This document shows positions 7,395 to 13,112 of a stretch of DNA of 13,112 nt, in pieces (positions within the stretch are counted from its first letter, which is position 1; each line of letters begins with the position of its first letter). This DNA comes from Candidatus Geohabitans tengchongensis. Its GTDB lineage: Bacteria > Sysuimicrobiota > Sysuimicrobiia > Sysuimicrobiales > Humicultoraceae. Location of the stretch: assembly GCA_031459625.1 (NCBI GenBank), contig JAVKIH010000041.1:1-13112 (forward strand), in the 5' to 3' direction. The translations under genes were made by a program, and so were the position numbers. The notes beneath the pieces are model-generated. The model was not told the origin of the DNA. It did no database searches and saw nothing but the letters and a program-made list of their open reading frames with translations.

Positions 7395-8186
7395 GTCCGC
7401 CAGCGAGATCCCGGCCACCAGCTGCGCCACGTGCGAGGTCACCGGCTCGCCGGCGGTCATGTCCATCCGCAACGGTGTCACCGAGACCAGCCCCTGGCGC
7501 AGGGCCCACCCGTCGGTGCCCTCCTCGTCGGGTTCGGGAGCGCGGTCTCCGGTGAGCCAGTAGTAGACCCGCCCGCGCGGGTCGCGCCGCTCCTCCAGCC
7601 GGCTGACGTAGCGCCGCTGCCCCTGACGCGTGACGGCCAGGCCGCGCAGGGCGCCGCGCGGCAGGTTGGGGACGTTCACGTTCAGCACCACCTCGTCGGG
7701 CAGCCGCTGCTGCCCCAGCCGGGCCACCAGACGGGCCGCCACGTCGGCAGCCACGTCGTAGTGGACCTCGCGGACCTCGCCGGCGCGCCGGAAGACGGCC
7801 ACGGAGACAGCGAGACTGGGGAACCCCATGATGGCCCCCTCCATGGCGCCGGAGACGGTGCCCGAGTAGGTCAGGTCGCTGCCGATGTTGGCTTCCCCGT
7901 TGATCCCCGAGATCACCAGGTCGGGACGCCAGGGCAGCAGCGCCAGCACCCCCAGGACGACGCAGTCGGCTGGGGTGCCGTTGGTGGCCCAGGCGCGCAC
8001 GTCGAGCCCCGGCAGCGCCGTCGGGGTGGCGCGCAGCGGCTTGTGCAGGGTGATGGCGTGCCCGGTGGCGCTGCGCTCGTGCTCCGGGGCCACGACGGCC
8101 ACCTCGCCGCTCCGGGCGAGGGCCCGCGCCAGGGCCAGCACCCCCGGGCTGTGGATCCCGTCGTCGTTGGTGAGCAGGATCCTCAC
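7392..8186 (-). CDS. surE: 5'/3'-nucleotidase SurE
   Basis: RILLTNDDGI, VVAPEHERSATGHAIT, GTPADCV, SGIN..AN.G...YSGTVSGAMEG, LNVNVP, GRVYYW and VSVTPL. GTG start at 8186 overlaps the cutA stop (GTGA). Confidence 0.95.
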   Translation of the reverse strand: MRILLTNDDGIHSPGVLALARALARSGEVAVVAPEHERSATGHAITLHKPLRATPTALPGLDVRAWATNGTPADCVVLGVLALLPWRPDLVISGINGEANIGSDLTYSGTVSGAMEGAIMGFPSLAVSVAVFRRAGEVREVHYDVAADVAARLVARLGQQRLPDEVVLNVNVPNLPRGALRGLAVTRQGQRRYVSRLEERRDPRGRVYYWLTGDRAPEPDEEGTDGWALRQGLVSVTPLRMDMTAGEPVTSHVAQLVAGISLAD

Positions 8187-8497
8187 CGCCGGACCGAGTC
8201 CTCGATCCAGCGCAGGTAGTCGGGGTTGCCCGCCAGGACCGGCAGCGCCACCACCTCGGGCACGGTGTACGCATGGAGCGTTCGCACGCGCGCGACCAGG
8301 GGCTCGACCAGCCGGTCGAGCGTCTTGACGACCAGGAGGACCTCCGCCGCCTCCTCGACGCCCCCCTGCCACCAGTAGGCGGAGCGCACCGGCGCGGTGT
8401 TCACGCAGGCGGCCAGGCGCTCGTCGAGCAGGGCGCGCCCCAGGCGCTCCGCCTCCTCGGCGGACGGGACGGTGATGAGGACGACCACCGCGCTCAC
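8183..8497 (-). CDS. cutA: Divalent-cation tolerance protein CutA
   Basis: 104 aa with ERLAACVN, SAYWWQG, EVLLVVKT, HAYTVPEVVALP and YLRWI motifs typical of the CutA1 family. Confidence 0.93.
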   Translation of the reverse strand: MSAVVVLITVPSAEEAERLGRALLDERLAACVNTAPVRSAYWWQGGVEEAAEVLLVVKTLDRLVEPLVARVRTLHAYTVPEVVALPVLAGNPDYLRWIEDSVRR

Positions 8498-8535
8498 GGC
8501 GCGACCGGGACGGAGGCGGCCGCGCGCATCACGAG

Positions 8536-8585
8536 ACCAGCGTGGCGAAGCGGCCCGTGCATCGTTACACCGGCGTGGCGAAGCG
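8536..8585. repeat. 17-nt direct repeat (16/17 identical) straddling the macrodomain stop codon
   Basis: ACCAGCGTGGCGAAGCG at 8536-8552 and ACCGGCGTGGCGAAGCG at 8569-8585, with a 16-nt spacer. Confidence 0.8.
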
Positions 8586-9098
8586 CCGCGCGGCCAGGGT
8601 GAAGGCCTCCTCGGCCTCCCGGCCGCGCACCGCCAGGATGATCTCCCGCAGCGCCGTCCCCCGGTCGACGTGCGCGGCGATGACCTCGAGCATGGCCTGG
8701 GCCACCTGGTCGAAGGGCAGGCCCCCCACCCCCGTCCCCAGGGCCGGGAAGGCGATGGAGCGCAGCCCGTGCGCCTCCGCCAGCTCCAGGGCGGCGCGGG
8801 TGGCCCGCTGCACCGTCTCCAGGTCCGTCCGCAGGTCCGGGCCCATGGTGGCGGCGTGGATGACGTGGCGGGCCGGCAGCCGCCCCGCCCCGGTGAGTAC
8901 CGCCTCCCCGGGGCGGATGGGCCCCCGGGCCACCGCCTCCTGCTCGATCTCCGGCCCTCCGGCGCGGCGGATCGCCCCCGCCACGCCGCCGCCCATGCGC
9001 AACGTGGCGTTGGCCGCGTTCACGATGGCGTCGACGGCCAGCGTGGTCAGGTCGGCCGGCTCCACGCGGATGCGGGTGGTGTGGCGGAGGACCTCCAC
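8565..9098 (-). CDS. Stand-alone macrodomain protein (ADP-ribose binding/processing)
   Basis: ADLT, DAIVNAAN, GGGVAGAI, GEAVLTGAGRLPARHVIHA and SIAFPALGTGVGG motifs. Confidence 0.93.
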   Translation of the reverse strand: MEVLRHTTRIRVEPADLTTLAVDAIVNAANATLRMGGGVAGAIRRAGGPEIEQEAVARGPIRPGEAVLTGAGRLPARHVIHAATMGPDLRTDLETVQRATRAALELAEAHGLRSIAFPALGTGVGGLPFDQVAQAMLEVIAAHVDRGTALREIILAVRGREAEEAFTLAARRFATPV

Positions 9099-9128
9099 AG
9101 TCGCTCGGGCGGCGCCGCGGGCCGCCCC

Positions 9129-10289
9129 TCAATCCTGCTCGCGCCACCAGTCGGGCGAGACGTCGCGCTCGCGCCGGAACTTCCGCACCGGCGGCGCCCC
9201 CCCGGCGCGCTCCTTGGCCACGCGGGCGCGCAGCGCCTCGTACTCCCGCAGGTCGGTGAGGACCTTGAGGGTGTTCCACACGGCATCGGCGATCTGCTCC
9301 CCGTCCTTCAGGAGCAGCTGGACGAGCGGCTCGATGACGCGCTTGTCGCGCATCCGGCCCAGGATCTTCACGGCCAGCCGCTTCACGTCCAGATCCTCGT
9401 CGTCCAGCGAGGTGATGAGCTGGTCGAGCGCCCCCTCCCCGAAGAGGGTGAAGAGCGCCTTGAGGGCGAAGCGGCGCACCTTGGGGCTGGGGTTCTCCAG
9501 GGCCGTGCGCAGCTGCTCGACGAGCTCCTCCCGCGGCCGCCCCACGAAGGCGTCCACCACCGCCCGGGGCAGGAAGATCTCCCGGTCGCCGTGGTGGGGG
9601 TCGGGGTGTTCGATGACCCCCCGCTCCTCCAGCCGGCTCAGCGTCGTGACGACGGCGTCCTGCATGGAGGGGTCGCGCAGGAAGAGGTCTACGAGCGGTT
9701 CCACCACCCGCCGGTCCCCCACGCGCCCCAGCACCGAGATGGCGGTCAGGCGCACGAACTGGTTCTCCTGCCCCAGGACCTCCAGGAGCGGCTCCACCGC
9801 GCGCGGGCCCATCTCCACCAGGATCTTCCACACCTGGGTGCCGATGCGCCGGCGCAGCGCCTTGTCCTCGAAGGCGGTCATGAGCGGCTTGACCGCGTCC
9901 GGCCCGATGCGCGCCAGGGCCTCGGTGGCGGCGTTCACCAGCGACCGCTCCCGGCGGGTGAGGACCCGGATGAGCCCCTCCACCGCCCCCTTGTCGCGCA
10001 TGTCGCGCAGGCCGTTCACCGCCTGGAGGACCACCTGCTCCGAGCGGTCGGTCAGGGCGGTGCGCAGGGCCGCCATGGCCTCCGGGCCGCCGATGCGGCG
10101 CAGGGCGGCCACGGCGCTCTTGCGGACGTACTCGTCCGCGTCCTGGAGCGCCTCGGCCAGGGCCGGGACGCCCGCCGGGTCCTGCAGCCGGCCCAGGTGG
10201 TGGGCGGCGTCGCTGCGGAGGGTGACGTCCTGGCTCTTCAGCTGGCGGATGTAGCGCTGGAGCTCGTCGCTCGGCGCGCTCGTGGCCAT
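9129..10289 (-). CDS. HEAT-repeat (PBS lyase-like) protein, 386 aa
   Basis: Repeated units of the type L.D.D..VR..A...L..IG...AV..L (e.g. LQDADEYVRKSAVAALRRIG, LGQENQFVRLTAISVLGRVGD, LDDEDLDVKRLAVKILGRMRD). GGAGG SD lies 5 nt upstream of the ATG. Confidence 0.88.
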   Translation of the reverse strand: MATSAPSDELQRYIRQLKSQDVTLRSDAAHHLGRLQDPAGVPALAEALQDADEYVRKSAVAALRRIGGPEAMAALRTALTDRSEQVVLQAVNGLRDMRDKGAVEGLIRVLTRRERSLVNAATEALARIGPDAVKPLMTAFEDKALRRRIGTQVWKILVEMGPRAVEPLLEVLGQENQFVRLTAISVLGRVGDRRVVEPLVDLFLRDPSMQDAVVTTLSRLEERGVIEHPDPHHGDREIFLPRAVVDAFVGRPREELVEQLRTALENPSPKVRRFALKALFTLFGEGALDQLITSLDDEDLDVKRLAVKILGRMRDKRVIEPLVQLLLKDGEQIADAVWNTLKVLTDLREYEALRARVAKERAGGAPPVRKFRRERDVSPDWWREQD

Positions 10290-10304
10290 CGTGACCTCCG
10301 ATTC

Positions 10305-10334
10305 TGGACGGGAAAACCCTTATCCTGTTATACT
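10305..10334 (+). promoter_or_regulatory. Putative sigma70-type promoter for the hypothetical-hpt pair
   Basis: TGGACG (10305-10310), 18 nt, then TATACT (10329-10334) with an extended -10 TG at 10326-10327, inside an AT-richer island. Confidence 0.55.
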
Positions 10335-10359
10335 ACCGGCAATCCTGCGACGCCGCCAA
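10330..10359 (-). promoter_or_regulatory. Putative sigma70-type promoter for the HEAT-macro-cutA-surE gene run
   Basis: Minus strand TTGGCG (10359-10354), 18 nt, then TAGTAT (10335-10330), about 40 nt upstream of the HEAT ATG. Confidence 0.5.
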
Positions 10360-10360
10360 T

Positions 10361-10831
10361 GTGGCGGCCGCGGGTCGGCGCCCGACCCAGCATTCCGACG
10401 GAGGTGAGAGCGCCACGGTGGGCCATCATCGTTCCGACGCACCCCGCCCGCCTGCTCCCAATCCGGTTTCGCGTCCCGCCCCCAAGGACCCCGTGAAGTT
10501 CGCCCACGAGAGTGAACGGGAGTTCGCCCGGATCCTGGACTTCTACGGGATCCGCTGGGAGTACGAGCCCCGCGCCTTCCCCCTGGAGGTGGAGCCGGAC
10601 GGGCGGGTCCTGGAGAGCTTCAGCCCCGATTTCTACCTCCCGGACTTCGACCTGTACATCGAGCTGACCACCCTCAAGCAGAGCCTGGTGACGCGCAAGA
10701 ACCGCAAGATCCGGCGCTTCCGGGAACGCTACCCCCACATCCGCCTGAAGATCTTCTACGGCCGGAACTACCGCAGCCTCCTGGCCAAGTACGGGCTCTC
10801 CCCGGCCGGCGCCCGGGGCGGCGGGAGGTAG
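10361..10831 (+). CDS. Hypothetical protein with PD-(D/E)XK-like nuclease fold
   Basis: Ordered core FAHESEREFARILDFYGIRWEYEP...FSPDFYLPDFDLYIELTTLK...KNRK...YP.I.LKIFY with coding-like GC3. The start is uncertain: GTG 10361, GTG 10418 (GGAGGTG upstream) or GTG 10493 (AAGGA upstream). Confidence 0.75.
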   Translation: MAAAGRRPTQHSDGGESATVGHHRSDAPRPPAPNPVSRPAPKDPVKFAHESEREFARILDFYGIRWEYEPRAFPLEVEPDGRVLESFSPDFYLPDFDLYIELTTLKQSLVTRKNRKIRRFRERYPHIRLKIFYGRNYRSLLAKYGLSPAGARGGGR

Positions 10832-10849
10832 CGCCGCGGGGAGCGCCGC

Positions 10850-11443
10850 ATGGCCGCCCGCCCCGCCCCCGACCGGGCTCCGTCCGCCCTGATCCCCCTC
10901 CCCCCGGAGCAGGCCGTCCGGGAGGTCCTCCTGACCGAAGCCCAGATCCAGCAGCGGGTCCGGGAGCTCGGCCAGGAGATCAGCCGGGACTACGCCGGGC
11001 TCGCCCCCATCCTGGTGACGGTGCTGAAGGGGGGCCTGTACTTCCTGGCCGACCTGAGTCGGGCGCTGACCATCCCGGTGGCACTCGACTTCATGGCCAT
11101 CACCAGCTACGCCGCCCGCCCCGCTTCCGGCGTGGTGCGGCTGATCAAGGACCTGGACGAGGAGATCACCGGCCGCCACGTCATCCTCGTCGAGGACATC
11201 ATCGACACGGGGCTCACGGCCGCCTACCTGCTGCGGACCCTCAGCGCCCGCGACCCCGCCTCCCTGCACATCTGTACCCTGCTCGAGCGCACCGCCCACC
11301 GCATCGTGGACACCCTGCCCATCCGGTACCGCGGCTTCACCATCCCCGACGTCTTCGTCGTGGGGTACGGGCTGGACTTCCGCCAGTGGTACCGGACGCT
11401 GCCCTACATCGGCGTCCTCAACGAGGCGCTCCTCCAGCCCTGA
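10850..11443 (+). CDS. hpt: Hypoxanthine phosphoribosyltransferase
   Basis: VLKGG, DFMAITSY, PRPP-binding VILVEDIIDTGLT, FVVGYGLD and YRTLPYIG. GGGGAG SD upstream. Confidence 0.92.
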   Translation: MAARPAPDRAPSALIPLPPEQAVREVLLTEAQIQQRVRELGQEISRDYAGLAPILVTVLKGGLYFLADLSRALTIPVALDFMAITSYAARPASGVVRLIKDLDEEITGRHVILVEDIIDTGLTAAYLLRTLSARDPASLHICTLLERTAHRIVDTLPIRYRGFTIPDVFVVGYGLDFRQWYRTLPYIGVLNEALLQP

Positions 11444-12578
11444 GCCTCCGGGGCCGCGGGGGTGGCGCCGACTCCGGCGGGGGGAGCGGCAGGCTGACCT
11501 CGACGACTGTCCCGCCTCCGTCGCGCGGCCGGGCCGCGATCGTTCCGCCGTGCTCGCGCACGATAGCCCGGGCCACGGCCAGCCCCAGCCCGGCCCCGCC
11601 CCGCCGGCCCGGCCCCTGGCGGAACGGCTCGAAGACGGCGTCCAGCAGCTCGGCCGGGATGCCCGGGCCGTCGTCCGCCACGGTGACGACCAGCCGCCCG
11701 TCCCGGACCGCCGCCGCCACCTCTACCCCCGTCCCCGCCGGGGTGTGCCGGGCCACGTTCTCCAGCAGGTTGGCCACCACCTGCTCGATGCGCCGGGGGT
11801 CGGCCAGCACGGGCGGGAGGCGGCGCGGGACGCGCACGGTGACCGGCCGGCCGGCCAGGCGGGGGGAGTGGGCGCGGACGACCGCGCGCAGCAGCGGGGC
11901 CAGGTCCACCCACTCCGGCTCGACGCGGAACCGCCCGGCGCTGATGGCGGTGAGGTCGAGCAGCTCGCCCACCATGGCCGAGAGGCGCTCGGCGTGCCGG
12001 CGGATGTCCTCCAGGAAGGCGCGGCGCTGCTCCGGCGCCCACTCCACGTCCTCCATCAGCAGGCTGGTGGCCTGGCCCAGGATCAGGGTGAGCGGCGTGC
12101 GCAGCTCGTGGGAGACCAGCATGAGGAACTCCTCCTTGGCCCGGTCGACGACGCGCAGGGGCCGGAGGTCCTCCAGGGTGACCACCGCCGCCACCGGCTC
12201 CCCCCGCTCGGCGCGGATGGGCGTGGTGGACATGAGCAGCGGCACCCGCTCCCCGGCCAGATCGACGAAGACCTCGACCCCGGCCACCGGCTCCCCCTGC
12301 ACGAGAGTCCGGTAGAGGGGGCGGTCCTCGAAGCGGGCCGGCGCGCCACCGGGGGTGATCTGGTCGAAGAGGCCGGTGAGCTCGACGTAGGTCATCCCCA
12401 CCTGGATGGCCTCGCCCAACAGGCGCCGCATCGCGGCGTTCACGAACCCCACCCGCCAGGAGGGGGCCTCCACCAGGCAGATGGCCGCCGGGACGGCGTC
12501 GAGGATGGCCCGCAGGACCGCTTCGCCGCCCTGAGGGGCGCGGGGCTGGGGGCGGGGCGGGGGCCGCCGCTCGTCCAT
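11418..12578 (-). CDS. Cytoplasmic PAS-domain sensor histidine kinase (HisKA + HATPase)
   Basis: PAS-like N-terminus (LRAILDAVPAAICLVE...FVNAAMRRLLG), H-box SHELRTPLT, N-box QVVANLLEN, G1 DDGPGI, F-box VFEPF and G2 GAGLGL; no TM segment. Start at ATG 12578 with GGAGG upstream. Confidence 0.92.
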   Translation of the reverse strand: MDERRPPPRPQPRAPQGGEAVLRAILDAVPAAICLVEAPSWRVGFVNAAMRRLLGEAIQVGMTYVELTGLFDQITPGGAPARFEDRPLYRTLVQGEPVAGVEVFVDLAGERVPLLMSTTPIRAERGEPVAAVVTLEDLRPLRVVDRAKEEFLMLVSHELRTPLTLILGQATSLLMEDVEWAPEQRRAFLEDIRRHAERLSAMVGELLDLTAISAGRFRVEPEWVDLAPLLRAVVRAHSPRLAGRPVTVRVPRRLPPVLADPRRIEQVVANLLENVARHTPAGTGVEVAAAVRDGRLVVTVADDGPGIPAELLDAVFEPFRQGPGRRGGAGLGLAVARAIVREHGGTIAARPRDGGGTVVEVSLPLPPPESAPPPRPRRLRAGGAPR

Positions 12579-12600
12579 GGGTGAGCCGTCCTCCGTCCGA

Positions 12601-12629
12601 TGGAAATCCTCCCCGTGCGATGTTAATGT
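12601..12629 (+). promoter_or_regulatory. Putative extended -10 promoter for the response regulator
   Basis: TGGAAA (12601-12606), 17 nt, then TAATGT (12624-12629) preceded by TG at 12621-12622. An overlapping minus-strand TAACAT (12625-12620) faces the kinase. Confidence 0.4.
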
Positions 12630-12653
12630 TGACCTGCCCGGCGGACAGGTCAA
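12629..12653. promoter_or_regulatory. Palindromic operator-like site TTGACCTG-N9-CAGGTCAA
   Basis: Perfect 8-bp arms at 12629-12636 and 12646-12653 (10/11 if extended inward), in the kinase/regulator intergenic region. Confidence 0.6.
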
Positions 12654-12661
12654 ACCCCCGC

Positions 12662-12693
12662 AGTCGGTGACGACGCGAGTCGGTGACGACGCG
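12662..12693 (+). repeat. Perfect tandem duplication (AGTCGGTGACGACGCG)x2
   Basis: Identical 16-mers at 12662-12677 and 12678-12693, ending 19 nt before the regulator ATG. Confidence 0.95.
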
Positions 12694-12712
12694 CGGCCAC
12701 CCAGGGAGGACC

Positions 12713-13112
12713 ATGCAGCGGGAGACCATCCTGGTCGTCGACGACGACCCCGGGATCCTCGCCTTCATCAAGACCAACCTGCAGGCCCGCGGCTACCGTA
12801 TCCTGACGGCCACGTCGGGCCCGGAAGCCCTGTCCGCCGCGGCCCTGGACGACCCCGACCTGGTCATCCTGGACCTCCTGATGCCGGACGTGGACGGGAT
12901 GGAGGTGACGCGGGCGCTGCGCGAGCGCTCCACGGTCCCCATCATCGTGCTGAGCGCCCTGCAGCAGGACGTCACCAAGGTCCGTGCCTTGGAGCTGGGC
13001 GCCGACGACTACATCACCAAGCCCTTCAGCGTGGAGGAGCTGCTGGCCCGGGTGCACGCGGTGCTGCGCCGCGCCCGGGGGCGTCCGCAGCCACCCCGCG
13101 CCGTGGTGCGGG
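12713..13112 (+). CDS. Response regulator, OmpR/KdpE-like; truncated at the right edge
   Basis: Manual translation: MQRETILVVDDDPGI...PDLVILDLLMPDVDGMEV...PIIVLSA...KVRALELGADDYITKPFSVEELLARVHAVLRR. This is an intact receiver domain (DD, phospho-Asp, S, KPF) with an OmpR-type linker. GGGAGGA SD. Confidence 0.92.
   Translation, partial: MQRETILVVDDDPGILAFIKTNLQARGYRILTATSGPEALSAAALDDPDLVILDLLMPDVDGMEVTRALRERSTVPIIVLSALQQDVTKVRALELGADDYITKPFSVEELLARVHAVLRRARGRPQPPRAVVR

Noticed and set aside
8565..9098. DarG antitoxin of a DarTG system
   Set aside because: No adjacent DarT-like ADP-ribosyltransferase and no DarG C-terminal domain; the context is housekeeping.
9107..9127. Hairpin GGGCGGC/GCCGCCC between the HEAT and macrodomain genes as a terminator
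   Set aside because: No U-tract, and it lies within a 30-nt gap of a likely operon; at most a stability or pausing hairpin.
8397..10496. Long alternative-frame ORFs (8397-10496 +, 8542-10254 +, 8494-9831 -) and similar ones elsewhere in the track
   Set aside because: They overlap well-supported genes (macrodomain, HEAT) in other frames and carry no recognisable domains. Only the last 22 codons of 8494-9831 are kept as a possible bridge ORF.
12662..12693. CRISPR-like repeat
   Set aside because: Only two abutting 16-nt copies, with no spacers and no cas genes.
11418..13112. Naming the two-component pair kdpD/kdpE
   Set aside because: The kinase lacks KdpD sensor, USP and TM domains and no kdpABC is in view; the similarity is generic.

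Overview
This is a very GC-rich bacterial chromosomal window with no mobile element, CRISPR array, rRNA or tRNA. A long minus-strand gene run reads: HEAT-repeat protein > macrodomain > cutA > surE > ftsE > ftsX > coiled-coil M23 peptidase > S41 protease (CtpA-like) > divergent polysaccharide deacetylase > glutamate dehydrogenase > proline dehydrogenase (truncated at the left edge). Divergent from it, sharing an apparent bidirectional promoter near 10330, are a small PD-(D/E)XK-like hypothetical gene and hpt. At the right end a cytoplasmic PAS histidine kinase (-) and an OmpR/KdpE-like response regulator (+, truncated) are divergent around a palindrome and a perfect 16-nt tandem repeat. The most striking unexplained structure is the surE-ftsE spacer. 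Its two ends form an ungapped 32-nt long-range stem (29/32 paired on the mRNA strand, including 6 G-U wobbles) that runs from the surE stop codon to the base before the SD-less ftsE ATG and encloses a hairpin-rich ~180-nt core. The second is the nuclease-like gene paired with an Hpt that has Arg in place of the usual purine-binding Lys.
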